A stretch of 64,000 nucleotides of DNA from Planctomycetota bacterium (GTDB lineage: Bacteria; Planctomycetota; SZUA-567; H5-PLA8): the NCBI GenBank assembly GCA_038227875.1, contig JBBRPR010000002.1, positions 64,001 through 128,000 of the forward strand, written 5' to 3'. Of the stretch, positions 1 through 10,107 are shown one piece after another. The translations under genes were made by a program, and so were the position numbers. A model generated the notes under the pieces. The model searched no databases. It was not told the origin of the DNA and saw only the letters and a list, made by a program, of their open reading frames with translations. Within the stretch, counting starts at the first letter, position 1, and each line of letters starts with the position of its first letter.

Positions 1-773
1 GGTTGCTCGCCGAGCGCATCGTCCCGTGGTTGAAGGAAACGTTTCCCAGCCCGCACGCCATCGTGGTCCACAGTCTGCACGCGTTTGGCATTGGCGAGTC
101 GGTGATCGGCGAACGCATCAAGCCGCTGATGCAGGCGGGTTTGAATCCGAACGTCGGCACGCGCGTCGGCGGCGGCACGGTCACCGTGCGCCTGGTTGCG
201 ACGGGCAAGACTGAAAACGAAGCCCGGGCGGCGCTGGCTCCCGCGGTCGAGAAAGTCCGCGAGGCGCTGAAGGACGGCTACTTTGGTGAAGGTGATACGA
301 CCATCGCCAGCTCGGCGTTGATATCGCTGCTGAACAAGAAAGCCACCGTCGCGCTGGCGGAAAGTTGCACGGCTGGATTGGTCGCGTCGATGCTCGCCGA
401 AATCCCCGGCGCCAGCAACGCGCTGCTGGAAGGCGGCGTGGTCTATTCCAACGATGCGAAGATGCGAACCTGCGGCGTGAAAGCAGAAACGCTGCAAGCG
501 CACGGCGCGGTCTCCGCGGAGACGGCTGCCGAGTTGGCGGAAGGCATCCGCCAGCGCGCGGGCGCGACGATTGGCCTGAGCGTCACGGGCATTGCCGGTC
601 CGGGCGGCGGCTCGGAGAAGAAGCCGGTGGGCCTGGTCTACTACGGCATCGCGACACTCAAAGGCGTGAAGACGTTCGAACGCATGTTCGCGGGGCTGGA
701 CCGCAACGTTCTGCGCGAACGCGCGAGCACGTTTGCGCTCGATTACATCCGGCGCGCGGCGGACGAGCTTTAG
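1..773 (+). CDS. cinA: CinA family competence/damage-inducible protein with NMN deamidase C-terminal domain; 5' end truncated by the window
   Basis: VALAESCTAGLVAS, GGVVYSNDAK, HGAVSAETA and SVTGIAGPGGG motifs of the CinA/PncC domain. Confidence 0.93.
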   Translation, partial: LLAERIVPWLKETFPSPHAIVVHSLHAFGIGESVIGERIKPLMQAGLNPNVGTRVGGGTVTVRLVATGKTENEARAALAPAVEKVREALKDGYFGEGDTTIASSALISLLNKKATVALAESCTAGLVASMLAEIPGASNALLEGGVVYSNDAKMRTCGVKAETLQAHGAVSAETAAELAEGIRQRAGATIGLSVTGIAGPGGGSEKKPVGLVYYGIATLKGVKTFERMFAGLDRNVLRERASTFALDYIRRAADEL

Positions 774-785
774 ACGACTCTTTTA

Positions 786-807
786 ATCTCGCGCAAAGAC
801 GCAAAGA
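786..807. repeat. Left arm of an inverted repeat (ATCTCGCGCAAAGACGCAAAGA) flanking the VOC gene
   Basis: Matches the reverse complement of 1253-1274 with one mismatch. Confidence 0.8.
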
Positions 808-830
808 ACAACGGAAAAAGGGGAACGATC

Positions 831-1205
831 ATTAACATTGAAACCGTTAACCATGTCACTGTGAACATCACCGATGTCGATCGGGCGCGGACGTTTTATC
901 ACGGGTTGCTTGGGCTGGAAGAAATGGAGCGGCCGAAGAGCTTCGATTTTCCCGGCGCATGGTTTCGCGCGGGGACGGTGCTGATTCATCTCGTCGGCCG
1001 CAAAGAACGCGACGCGGAAACGACGGCGCATTTCTGCCTCTGGGTCGAAAACGTGCGAGGTGCGGCGAAGGAATTAGAAACCGCCGGCTACGAAGTGAAA
1101 TGGGACAAGCGCAAGATTGAAGGCATCGACCGCTTCTTCACCCGCGATCCCGATGGCAATCGCGTCGAATTTCAAGGCCCGGATGGCACGACTTGGGCGG
1201 CGTGA
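831..1205 (+). CDS. VOC/glyoxalase family protein; start uncertain (ATC 828, ATT 831 or GTG 861)
   Basis: VNHVTVNITDVDRARTFY..LLG, GAWF, HFCLWV and RFFTRDPDGNRVEF motifs. Confidence 0.85.
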   Translation: MNIETVNHVTVNITDVDRARTFYHGLLGLEEMERPKSFDFPGAWFRAGTVLIHLVGRKERDAETTAHFCLWVENVRGAAKELETAGYEVKWDKRKIEGIDRFFTRDPDGNRVEFQGPDGTTWAA

Positions 1206-1236
1206 CCTACCGCCGCTGATCCGAGTTCGTAGCCGT

Positions 1237-1274
1237 TCTTTGAGTCTTTGAGTCTTTGCGTCTTGGCGCGAGAT
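1237..1274. repeat. Right arm of the inverted repeat, with extra 8-bp units (TCTTTGAG x2, TCTTTGCG, TCTTGGCG)
   Basis: Directly visible 8-bp periodicity, inverted relative to 786-807. Confidence 0.8.
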
Positions 1275-1279
1275 CAAAA

Positions 1280-3955
1280 CTACTGCCCGCTGCGTCCCGC
1301 CATGACACCGGAATCGCCCTTGGTGCTCAGCGTGTACGTGACCGGCGCGGTGGCCTGCCAGACGACGCCGGCGAAGACCATCGCGACTTGGAGCGAGCGC
1401 TTGACGGACTTCAGCGATTTCTCGTTGGTCGCGTAGGTGTTGGTGATGCCTTCGGTGTCAAAGCCGGCAGCCGAGAGGCCCACCTGGTTGATCGTCACTG
1501 AGAACTTCGCCGTCTGGCCGGCGGTGGTCAGCGTCTGTCCCTTGGGTAGCCGGGGGAACGTGATCGTGAGCTTCTTGATGCGGCTCATTTTCGATTTGCC
1601 GACCGTCTTGCCTTTCGAATTGATCGTGATGGAATCGAGAATGTTGCCGATGCTGAACTGGAAATCCTGCGTCGCGTTGGGGGAGAGATCGAGGCCTTCG
1701 GGCAATTCGAAGCTGCCGGTGAAAATCACGCTGTCCGGCGTGCCCTTCGTCGCTCCGGTGGGCTTGCCGAACGTGAACTTGCCCTTCGTCTGCGAGTTGG
1801 TGATCAGATGGTTCTTCGGCGGCGTTTTGACTTTCGGAGGCGCGCCGACTTCCGCGCCGCTCATGCCGATTGTCTTGCGTCCTTTTCCGGCGATGGTGTT
1901 GGTGGTGGTGTCGGTGGCGGACGTGGTCGCGATGTAGATGTTCGAATTGTCGGCCTTGAACACCGGCGTGAGTCCCGTCACCGTTGAGTTGCGGCCTTCG
2001 ATGGTGTCAAAATCCGTCGAGGCCGTGAACTGCGCACGGATCAGCGCGTTGATGTCGATGCTGAATTGGCACAGGCCACCGTCGCTTTTCACCAGCGTAA
2101 TCGTCAACCCGTTGAGCGGATTGGCGGCGGACTGCCCGTCGGAAAGATTGGGAATGCCCGCGCCGCCGGAATTCGGACTCAGGGCCATGATCGAAAGTGT
2201 AGTGTTGACGTTGGTCACTCCGTTGCTCACCGTCAACGTCACGGTCCAGGTCGCTTCAGACGTGAAAATGTGCGAGACGGAGCTGCCGGGCGACTTGGCC
2301 GTGCCGTCGCCGAAGTCCCACGAGTAGGTCAGCGGCAACCCGCTGGGATCCACGGCGCCCGCGGTGAAATTGACCGTGGTACCCACCACCACGGCGGAAC
2401 TGTCCGCCGCGGCGAAAACGATCGTCGGCGGAGTTGTCGGGGCCGTGCCGCCAACCGCCAGCTTGATCGCTGTTCCGGTGACTTGCTGCGTCAGCAACAG
2501 GCCGTTTGGCGTTACGGTGGGACTGATGGTATCGAATTGCCCGACGGCCGAAGCGAACGTAACCACGGGCAGTACGTCGCCCGTTGCCGGCGTGTAGGAA
2601 ATGGCAGGTTCGACAATGCCGGCGATATTTGCGGTGCCACTGATGGCCAGCGAGCCAATCGACGTCGGCCCTGCAATCGACGCGAGGAACATTCCCGCCG
2701 CCGTTTGCGTGTAATTTCCGGTAACCGACAATGGCTGGGCGGAGGACGAGGTGCCGATCAGACCATTATTGTTGACGTTGGCGTTCAGGGTGCCGTTGCC
2801 GACGATACTTCCGCCCTGCAGATCGATCCCGCCGGTGGCGTGAATGGTGCCGCCATTTGGATCCATAATGCCGGTGCTCGAAACATTCAGCTTGCCCGAG
2901 CCGGAATTGAAGATGCAGCCGGAGTTGACGAAAATCGCACCGTCGTTGTTGAACTGGCTGCTGGCCGAGGAAAGCAGGTTCGCGCCGCCGGAAAGCGTAA
3001 TGGAAGATCCCATGGTGTTGGCGGTGAGGCCGCCGAACATGGGTGATCCGCCGGAATTCTTAATGTCGGCCGAGGCCGTGTTCAGCAACACCGACGCTGA
3101 ATTGGTGGCAATCAATCCGGAGACGTTGATCTGCAATACGCCGTCCAACAGGTACGAACCACCGCTGAGCGTGCTGGTACCCGTGTTGTAGTTGGTCAGC
3201 ACGGTTATGGTCAACGTACTGCCGGCGGCGACAATTACGCTGCCAGACGGGCCGTTGGTGAACGCGCAGTTGGACGCGAGGACCGCTGTGCCAGTCGAAT
3301 TGGATGATTTGTTGAAAACGCCCGTGTTGTTGAAGGCCGTCGAACCGGTGGCCGTGATCACCTGGGAATTGTCAGCAGTGAAGACGCCACTGTTGGTAAA
3401 GGTGGTGTTGTTCAACGCGAGGGTGTTGCTGGCGTTCCACGTCACTCCGCCGCTGCTGGTGAACGTCGTACTGGAGAATGTGCTGGTCGACGAGCCCGTA
3501 ATTGTACAGACCGCGTTGTTGGTGACCGGCAGCGAGCACGTGCCACCGTTCATCTTGAATGTACCGCTGGCATTGGTGAGCGATCCTGTGCCGGCGAGTG
3601 TACCTAGAAGATCGACTTCGACCGTGCCCTGTGCGTTGATGGTACTCGCACCACCTACGGTCAGTAATGCCCCGGAGCCGCCGATCTGGATGAGTTGGGC
3701 AAATGAACCACCGCCAACGGTCAGCGACGCACAGACCTGCGATCCCACTACTGTGACCGTGGAATTGCTGCCCGCGTTAATCGTAACCGTGTCTGACGCG
3801 GTGGGAATCGTGGGGGGCGACCATTGGGACGTATTTGAGTTATCCCAATTACCACTACCACCGGTCCATGTAATCGCCTGCGCGTGAGCCAGCGAAGTGT
3901 GGAGCAATGCAACCGCGATCAACGCGAATGCGATGTGGAATGAATGTTTGGGCAT
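1280..3955 (-). CDS. Secreted surface protein: autotransporter-passenger-like beta-rich repeats, PKD domain and Lys-rich C-terminal domain
   Basis: Signal peptide ending AHA-Q; TWTGGSGNW..W motif; Gly/Ser/Thr/Asn-rich repeats; PKD signature LTYSWDFGDG...SHIF...VTLTVSNG; SD-like GGAGAAG before ATG 3955. Confidence 0.8.
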   Translation of the reverse strand: MPKHSFHIAFALIAVALLHTSLAHAQAITWTGGSGNWDNSNTSQWSPPTIPTASDTVTINAGSNSTVTVVGSQVCASLTVGGGSFAQLIQIGGSGALLTVGGASTINAQGTVEVDLLGTLAGTGSLTNASGTFKMNGGTCSLPVTNNAVCTITGSSTSTFSSTTFTSSGGVTWNASNTLALNNTTFTNSGVFTADNSQVITATGSTAFNNTGVFNKSSNSTGTAVLASNCAFTNGPSGSVIVAAGSTLTITVLTNYNTGTSTLSGGSYLLDGVLQINVSGLIATNSASVLLNTASADIKNSGGSPMFGGLTANTMGSSITLSGGANLLSSASSQFNNDGAIFVNSGCIFNSGSGKLNVSSTGIMDPNGGTIHATGGIDLQGGSIVGNGTLNANVNNNGLIGTSSSAQPLSVTGNYTQTAAGMFLASIAGPTSIGSLAISGTANIAGIVEPAISYTPATGDVLPVVTFASAVGQFDTISPTVTPNGLLLTQQVTGTAIKLAVGGTAPTTPPTIVFAAADSSAVVVGTTVNFTAGAVDPSGLPLTYSWDFGDGTAKSPGSSVSHIFTSEATWTVTLTVSNGVTNVNTTLSIMALSPNSGGAGIPNLSDGQSAANPLNGLTITLVKSDGGLCQFSIDINALIRAQFTASTDFDTIEGRNSTVTGLTPVFKADNSNIYIATTSATDTTTNTIAGKGRKTIGMSGAEVGAPPKVKTPPKNHLITNSQTKGKFTFGKPTGATKGTPDSVIFTGSFELPEGLDLSPNATQDFQFSIGNILDSITINSKGKTVGKSKMSRIKKLTITFPRLPKGQTLTTAGQTAKFSVTINQVGLSAAGFDTEGITNTYATNEKSLKSVKRSLQVAMVFAGVVWQATAPVTYTLSTKGDSGVMAGRSGQ

Positions 3956-4346
3956 TTCAGTGCTTCTCCAGGCGAACGGGCGTCTTGGCTTCATGTCTCT
4001 CTTTAAGGTAAGAACTTCCATCCTATATTTATGAAATCTGATGGCAAATCGGGTTTACAAATTCCCCCTGCATGGTAAATTCATGTTCTTGTAACACATA
4101 GGAATGCAAAGAGATGCTCTGCACTACGCCACGCCTGCCGAAAGGTCCTACCGCCCTGCCGATTTCCATCGGCAGGGGGGTGATTTAACCCCCATTTTCA
4201 GCGTTTACACGACCTAAAATGGGGGCACGGAATTACCTTTTTCTTGTGCCCATTTCCCAAGTAGATTAAACGCCCAAATCCCCGCGCCCATCGACAGTTC
4301 GGCTGCGGCTGGATTTTTAAGCCACACGAGAAAGGCACTTACACAG

Positions 4347-6020
4347 ATGACTTCCGGCGCACATTCTTCAAACGAAAAGCCCGCTCCAAACGAAAAGCCC
4401 GCGTCTCCAAACTCCGGCGGACGCCGCATCGAAATCTTCGATACCACCTTGCGCGACGGCACGCAGAGCGAGCACATCGCCTATTCGCTCACCGATAAAA
4501 TCGATATCGCGCATGAGCTGGATAACCTCGGCGTCGACTACATCGAGGGCGGATGGCCGGGCAGCAATCCCAAGGACATGGCTTTTTTCGATCAAGCCAA
4601 AACGGAAAAGTGGAACCATGCGCGCATCACCGCCTTTGGTTCGACGCGCCACGTCAAGAACAAGCCCGAGGACGATCCGAATCTTAACGCGCTGATCGAC
4701 AGCGGTGCGCCCGTGCTGATCATCTTCGGCAAGAGCTGGGATTTTCAGGTCACCGACGCGCTGCGCGTGAAGCTGGAAGATAATCTCGCCATGATCTCCA
4801 GCAGCTTGAAGCACCTCAGCAAGCACTGCAAAGAGACGCTCTACGACGCCGAGCATTTTTTCGACGGCTATAAGAACAACCCGTCGTACGCGCTCGATTC
4901 GCTCAGCGCGGCCGTTGACGGCGGCGCGCAGTGCTTGATCCTCTGCGACACCAACGGCGGCACGATGCCCAATGAAATCCGCGAGATGGTCAGCGTCGTG
5001 GTGAAGAAGTTCCCGAAGATGCGCGTCGGCATCCACCCGCACAACGACAGCGGCGTCGCCGTCGCCAACGCGCTGGCCGCGATCGAAGCCGGAGCGTCGC
5101 ATGTGCAAGGCACGATCAACGGCTTCGGTGAACGCTGCGGCAACGTCGATCTCGTGCCGGTCATCGCCAACTTGCAGCTCAAGCTGGGACTGACGTGTCT
5201 GAACGGTTCGGAGAGCTTGACCAAGCTCACCGAGATCAGCCGGCACGTCTACGAAGTTGGCAATCTGCCGCCGCGCGACAATCAGCCGTACGTCGGCCGC
5301 AGCGCGTTTGCGCATAAGGGCGGTATTCATGTCAGCGCGGTGAACCGTTCGACGGCGACGTACGAACACATCACGCCGGAAGTCGTCGGCAACTCGCGGC
5401 GTGTGCTGATCAGCGAACTTTCCGGGCGCAGCAATCTCGTCGCGATGGCCGGGAGTAAGTTCGGCCTCAAGGAGCGCCCTGAAGATCTGAAGAAGGTGCT
5501 CGACCGCCTGATGGAACTGGAAAACCAGGGCTACGTTTTTGAGGCCGCCGATGCGAGCTTCGATCTGCTCGTCCGAAAAACGTTGAACACGCACCAGCCG
5601 TTCTTCAATCTTCACGGCTTCCGCGTGATGACGGAAGTCGACGACAAAGGCGTGAGCGTCACGGAAGCGACGGTGAAGCTGGATGTGGGCGGGCAGGTCG
5701 AGCACACCGCCGCCGAAGGCAACGGCCCGGTCAACGCGCTCGACGGCGCGTTGCGCAAGGCTCTCGAGAAGTTCTATCCGGAGGTCGGTGACATCGCGCT
5801 GGTCGACTACAAGGTCCGCGTCTGCAACCCGAAACAGGCGACGCGCGCGACGGTGCTGGTGCTGATCGTTTCGTCCGATCACAAAAACCGTTGGACGACC
5901 GTGGGCGTGAGTGAAAACGTGATCGACGCGAGCTGGCACGCCCTGGTCGATAGCATTGAGTTCAAGCTGTATCAGACGCGCGGGGAAAAGCGCGCGGCAA
6001 GTGTAGCCATGGCAAAATAG
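4347..6020 (+). CDS. cimA: Citramalate synthase (LeuA/CimA family)
   Basis: FDTTLRDGTQ, IEGGWPGSNPKD, YDAEHFFDG, HPHNDSG and AFAHKGGIH motifs; C-terminal regulatory domain GNGPVNALD. Confidence 0.9.
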   Translation: MTSGAHSSNEKPAPNEKPASPNSGGRRIEIFDTTLRDGTQSEHIAYSLTDKIDIAHELDNLGVDYIEGGWPGSNPKDMAFFDQAKTEKWNHARITAFGSTRHVKNKPEDDPNLNALIDSGAPVLIIFGKSWDFQVTDALRVKLEDNLAMISSSLKHLSKHCKETLYDAEHFFDGYKNNPSYALDSLSAAVDGGAQCLILCDTNGGTMPNEIREMVSVVVKKFPKMRVGIHPHNDSGVAVANALAAIEAGASHVQGTINGFGERCGNVDLVPVIANLQLKLGLTCLNGSESLTKLTEISRHVYEVGNLPPRDNQPYVGRSAFAHKGGIHVSAVNRSTATYEHITPEVVGNSRRVLISELSGRSNLVAMAGSKFGLKERPEDLKKVLDRLMELENQGYVFEAADASFDLLVRKTLNTHQPFFNLHGFRVMTEVDDKGVSVTEATVKLDVGGQVEHTAAEGNGPVNALDGALRKALEKFYPEVGDIALVDYKVRVCNPKQATRATVLVLIVSSDHKNRWTTVGVSENVIDASWHALVDSIEFKLYQTRGEKRAASVAMAK

Positions 6021-6022
6021 TT

Positions 6023-6094
6023 ATGAACGATGATTGATGATTGATGAATGAGGGCGACCCGGATTCATCAATCATCAATCATAATTCATCGTTC
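6023..6094. repeat. Heptamer (GATGATT/GATGAAT) inverted-repeat element
   Basis: ATGAACGATGATTGATGATTGATGAAT followed after about 13 bp by ATTCATCAATCATCAATCATAATTCATCGTTC. Confidence 0.85.
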
Positions 6095-6115
6095 TCCCGT
6101 CTTGGAATTCGAACG

Positions 6116-7348
6116 ATGACTCCACCCCTCACCCGCTCCATTGCCCACGTCGACCTCGACCAATTCTACGCCGCCGTTGAAATCCTCGACTTTCCCGAAC
6201 TGAAAGGCCTTCCGCTGATTGTCGGCGGCCGGCCTGACAGCCGCGGCGTCGTCTGCACGGCCAGTTACGAAGCGCGCAAGTTCGGCGTGCATTCGGCGAT
6301 GTCCAGCGCGCAGGCGGCGAGGCTCTGTCCGCAGGCCACGTGGCGGCCGCCGCGTATGTCGCGCTACGCCGAGAAATCGCGCGAGGTGCTTGCCGTCTTC
6401 GAGCGCTTCACCGACGACATCGAACCGCTCTCGCTTGACGAAGCGTTTTTGGATCTGACCGGCTCGATCCAGCTCTTTGGGCCGGCCGAACAGATTGCGC
6501 GACGCATCAAGGACGAAATCTACCGCGACACGCAACTGGTTGCGTCGGTGGGGCTGGCGATGAATAAGTACCTTGCCAAGGTCGCGAGCGATTTGAAAAA
6601 GCCCAACGGTTTCGTCATCGTGCCGCCGGGGTTGCAGGCCGCGCGGGAATTTCTCGCGCCGCTGCCGGCCTCGCGGCTGTGGGGCGCCGGGCCGAAGACC
6701 ACGGCGCGACTGGAGGAATTTGGCCTTCGCACCATCGGCCAGATTGCGTCTGCCGATGCCGACTGGCTGGCGCGGCGCATCGGGCAGCAGGCGGCAGAGC
6801 ATCTCATCGCGCTGGCCAACGGCGAAGACGATCGCGACGTGGACAGCAGCGGCGGCCAGAAATCGATCGGACGTGAGAACACTTTCGCGCAGGATTTGCA
6901 TGAGCTCGACACGATGGAAAAAGAGCTGCTCGGTTTCGCCGATGAAGTCGCGGCGCGTCTGCGCCACAAGAAAATCCGGGCCGCGGGCATGGCGCTGAAA
7001 GTCCGCTTCAGCGATTTTTCGCGCATCAGCCGCGCGTACACGTTCGACGAGCCCGTCGATCTGGCCGAGCCGCTCTACAAAGCCGCGTGCGAGCTGCTCC
7101 GCACGCGCGTGAATTTTGGCGGGCGCGGCGTGCGGTTGCTGGGCATCGCGGCAACGCGATTGATGAACATCGAAGACGTTACCGGCACGCTCTTCACCGA
7201 TGAGGACGCGACTCGCAAGCGCAGCGTGGCGAAAGCCATCGACCATTTGCGCGCGCGCTTCGGCGACGATTCGATCACCCGCGGCCGCCTCCTCGAAGGC
7301 CGCGAGCGCAACACCGGCACGCCCACCGACCGCAAGCCCAACGAGTAA
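6116..7348 (+). CDS. dinB: DNA polymerase IV (Y-family)
   Basis: AHVDLDQFYAAVE, ASYEARKFGVHSAM, SLDEAFLDL and AKVASDLKKPNG motifs. Confidence 0.95.
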   Translation: MTPPLTRSIAHVDLDQFYAAVEILDFPELKGLPLIVGGRPDSRGVVCTASYEARKFGVHSAMSSAQAARLCPQATWRPPRMSRYAEKSREVLAVFERFTDDIEPLSLDEAFLDLTGSIQLFGPAEQIARRIKDEIYRDTQLVASVGLAMNKYLAKVASDLKKPNGFVIVPPGLQAAREFLAPLPASRLWGAGPKTTARLEEFGLRTIGQIASADADWLARRIGQQAAEHLIALANGEDDRDVDSSGGQKSIGRENTFAQDLHELDTMEKELLGFADEVAARLRHKKIRAAGMALKVRFSDFSRISRAYTFDEPVDLAEPLYKAACELLRTRVNFGGRGVRLLGIAATRLMNIEDVTGTLFTDEDATRKRSVAKAIDHLRARFGDDSITRGRLLEGRERNTGTPTDRKPNE

Positions 7349-7397
7349 CTCCTGTCGTGGAACCCCATTTCAATTGAGTTACAGTCACGACCACATC

Positions 7398-7730
7398 ATG
7401 CCGCCCCTCCAACGCCGCACGCTCGCCACCTGCATTTTCGCGCTCGCGTTCATCCTCTTTTACGAGGCGCGCGGGGAGCGGCTTGTCTCGGGCGAGCGTC
7501 AGGCGGCGGACTCGTATGAGCTCGCGACGCAACATTATTGGGAGCAGACCGGCGCGGGAATTTTTGTGGTCTGCATCGGCACGCTTCTGGTTGCAACGCT
7601 CCGGCGTCCCGGCCACAATCCCATCTATACGGCGCCCGAACTGGCCGTCTACGCGCTCGCGTTCGGCGCCTTGCTGGGCACCGCCGTGGTGAGTTGGTTG
7701 ATCGTCGAGAAACTGCGCAATGGCGTCTGA
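7398..7730 (+). CDS. Small membrane protein, about 110 aa, three hydrophobic segments
   Basis: Fills the dinB-recQ gap, overlaps the recQ start and has hydrophobic stretches. Confidence 0.55.
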   Translation: MPPLQRRTLATCIFALAFILFYEARGERLVSGERQAADSYELATQHYWEQTGAGIFVVCIGTLLVATLRRPGHNPIYTAPELAVYALAFGALLGTAVVSWLIVEKLRNGV

Positions 7731-9987
7731 CAAAGTGAACGAATCCCAGGACGCGGCGACGGAGACGGATGCCAGCGACGAATCGCCGTTGCGTATTCTG
7801 CTCAAAGAATTCTTCGGCTTCAAAAGTTTCCGCCCGCTGCAGGAAGAGATTGTCACCGACGCGCTCTCCGGCCGCGACGTGCTGGCCGTGCTGCCGACCG
7901 GCGGCGGCAAGTCGCTCTGCTTCCAGCTTCCGGCGCTCGCCCGGGACGGACTGACCGTCGTCATTTCGCCGCTGATTGCGCTGATGAAAGACCAGGTCGA
8001 CGCGCTGCTCTCGATGGGCATCAACGCAACGTTCTTGAATTCGACGCTCGATGGCTACGATGCCCGCGCGCGCATTCAGGATATCGAGCAGGGGCTCTGC
8101 CGGTTGCTGTACGTCGCGCCCGAACGACTGATGCAGCCGGGAATGCTCGCGGCGCTGCAACGTTGGAACGTCAAGATGTTCGCCGTCGACGAGGCGCACT
8201 GTGTCAGCGAGTGGGGCCACGATTTCCGGCCGGAGTACCGGCAGATTTCGACGCTGCGCGCGCAGTTTCCGAGCGTGCCGATGATGGCGCTGACGGCCAC
8301 GGCCACACCGCGCGTCCAGGACGACATCGTCAAGGCGCTGAAACTCAACAAGCCCAGTCGCTACGTCGCGAGCTTCAACCGGCCGAATCTGGCGTACCGC
8401 GTGATTGGAAAAAAAGACGCGTTCGATCAGGTGCTGGAGTTCATTAAATCCAAACCGCACGAATGTGGCATCATCTACTGCCACAGCCGCAAGAGCTCCG
8501 AGCAAGTTGCCGATGATCTGCGCGCCAATGGCGTCAAGGCTGCGCCATATCACGCCGGCATGGAGAATGACGCGCGTTCGCGAAATCAGGAATTATTTCT
8601 GCGCGACGAAGTGAATGTGATCTGCGCGACCATTGCATTCGGCATGGGTATCAACAAACCCAATGTCCGCTACGTGATTCACTACGACCTGCCGAAGAAC
8701 ATCGAAGGCTACTATCAGGAAACCGGTCGCGCGGGACGCGACGGTCTGCCGTCGGACTGCCTGCTGTTGCTCAGTCGCGGCGACGTCGCCAAGCAGATGC
8801 GCTTCATCGACGAGAAGCCCAGCCAGCAGGAGCAGGATCTGGCCCGCAAGCAGCTCTGGAAAATGGTGGAGTACGCGGAAGGGACCACCTGCCGTCGCGC
8901 ATTTCTGCTCGGCTACTTCGGCGAGAATTTCACGGAGATTCCCTGTGGCGGCTGCGACAACTGCAACGCGCCGCGCGAAACGTACGACGGCACCATCGAC
9001 GCACAGAAATTTCTGTCGTGCATCTACCGCATCAAGGAACGCAATCCGTCGTTCGGCGCGGGCATGAAGTACTGCATCGATATCCTGACCGGCGCCGAGA
9101 ACGACCTGATCCGCGGCTGGGAGCACCAGACGCTGTCGACGTACGGCATTGGCAAGGATAAGAGCAAAGACGAGTGGCAGTCGGTCGCGCGGCAATTGAT
9201 CCATGGCGGTTACCTGCGCGAAAAACAGGACGGCAAGTACACGCGCCTGGAGATCACGACCACGGGCCGCGATGTATTGATGAAGAAGGCGACGGTGATG
9301 ATCGCCAAGCCGGCGCAGGCGAAAGCGGTCGAGAAGTCCAAGCCGTCCAAAGCCGACCGTGCCAGCCGTGGCGAAATCGAATGCGACGAAACCCTGTTCG
9401 AGCGGCTGCGCGAATTGCGCAAGCGCCTCGCCGACGAACGCGACGTGCCGGCGTACATTGTCTTTTCCGACGTCTCGCTGCGGCAGATGTCGCGCGATTA
9501 TCCGACACACGACAGCGAATTTGCGCGCATCAGCGGCGTTGGCGAAAAGAAGCGCCAGGAATTTGGCGCGGCGTTCATGGGCGAGATCGCGGAATACCTG
9601 AAGACGAACACCGCCAAATCCTTTGATGCGTTGCCCGCCGCGGCGCCTGCCACCACGGTGAAGCGCGGTTTGAATTCCACGGCGCGCCAGACGCTGAAGA
9701 TGTTCCAGGACGGCCAGCGCGTCGATGACATCATCAGTGAACGCGAACTGGCGGCGTCGACCATCTACGGACATCTCACCGATGCGATCGAAGCCGGCGA
9801 GAAAATCGACATCGATAATCTCCTCACTGCCGAACAGAGAATGGAGATTGCTGCCGTTTTCGAGAAAGTCGGGACGTTTAATCTTACCGGCGCGCTCGAA
9901 TTGCTCGGCGGCAAGGACGGGCCGTATCACTTCGGTCATCTGAAAGTATTCCGGGCGTGGCTCGACAAAAATAAACCTCTTGCATAG
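7720..9987 (+). CDS. recQ: ATP-dependent DNA helicase RecQ with RQC, HRDC and C-terminal HTH domains
   Basis: LPTGGGKSLCFQ, VDEAHCVSEWGHDFRP and YYQETGRAGRDG motifs; Zn-binding CRR..CGGCDNC; HRDC VPAYIVFSD. Confidence 0.96.
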   Translation: MASDKVNESQDAATETDASDESPLRILLKEFFGFKSFRPLQEEIVTDALSGRDVLAVLPTGGGKSLCFQLPALARDGLTVVISPLIALMKDQVDALLSMGINATFLNSTLDGYDARARIQDIEQGLCRLLYVAPERLMQPGMLAALQRWNVKMFAVDEAHCVSEWGHDFRPEYRQISTLRAQFPSVPMMALTATATPRVQDDIVKALKLNKPSRYVASFNRPNLAYRVIGKKDAFDQVLEFIKSKPHECGIIYCHSRKSSEQVADDLRANGVKAAPYHAGMENDARSRNQELFLRDEVNVICATIAFGMGINKPNVRYVIHYDLPKNIEGYYQETGRAGRDGLPSDCLLLLSRGDVAKQMRFIDEKPSQQEQDLARKQLWKMVEYAEGTTCRRAFLLGYFGENFTEIPCGGCDNCNAPRETYDGTIDAQKFLSCIYRIKERNPSFGAGMKYCIDILTGAENDLIRGWEHQTLSTYGIGKDKSKDEWQSVARQLIHGGYLREKQDGKYTRLEITTTGRDVLMKKATVMIAKPAQAKAVEKSKPSKADRASRGEIECDETLFERLRELRKRLADERDVPAYIVFSDVSLRQMSRDYPTHDSEFARISGVGEKKRQEFGAAFMGEIAEYLKTNTAKSFDALPAAAPATTVKRGLNSTARQTLKMFQDGQRVDDIISERELAASTIYGHLTDAIEAGEKIDIDNLLTAEQRMEIAAVFEKVGTFNLTGALELLGGKDGPYHFGHLKVFRAWLDKNKPLA

Positions 9988-10107
9988 CGCGTTGACCTGC
10001 GAGATGCGCCCGCTAGTCTGCTGATTCCACACTTCTTGATCACTCAGACCAAAATCCAACCGGGGCTGGCGTCCCCCGTGGATTCAGCATGGAAAGTTGA
10101 GCTTCTC

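Noticed and set aside
4200..4346. Leu/Ile attenuator leader upstream of cimA
   Set aside because: No convincing short leader rich in the relevant codons and no terminator with a U-tract. The hairpin at 4154-4177 remains unexplained.
4369..4402. 18-bp-period duplication at the cimA 5' end (NEKPA x2)
   Set aside because: A trivial slippage duplication in a disordered N-terminus.
6095..6115. LexA box before dinB
   Set aside because: No clear match to a LexA palindrome that I know.
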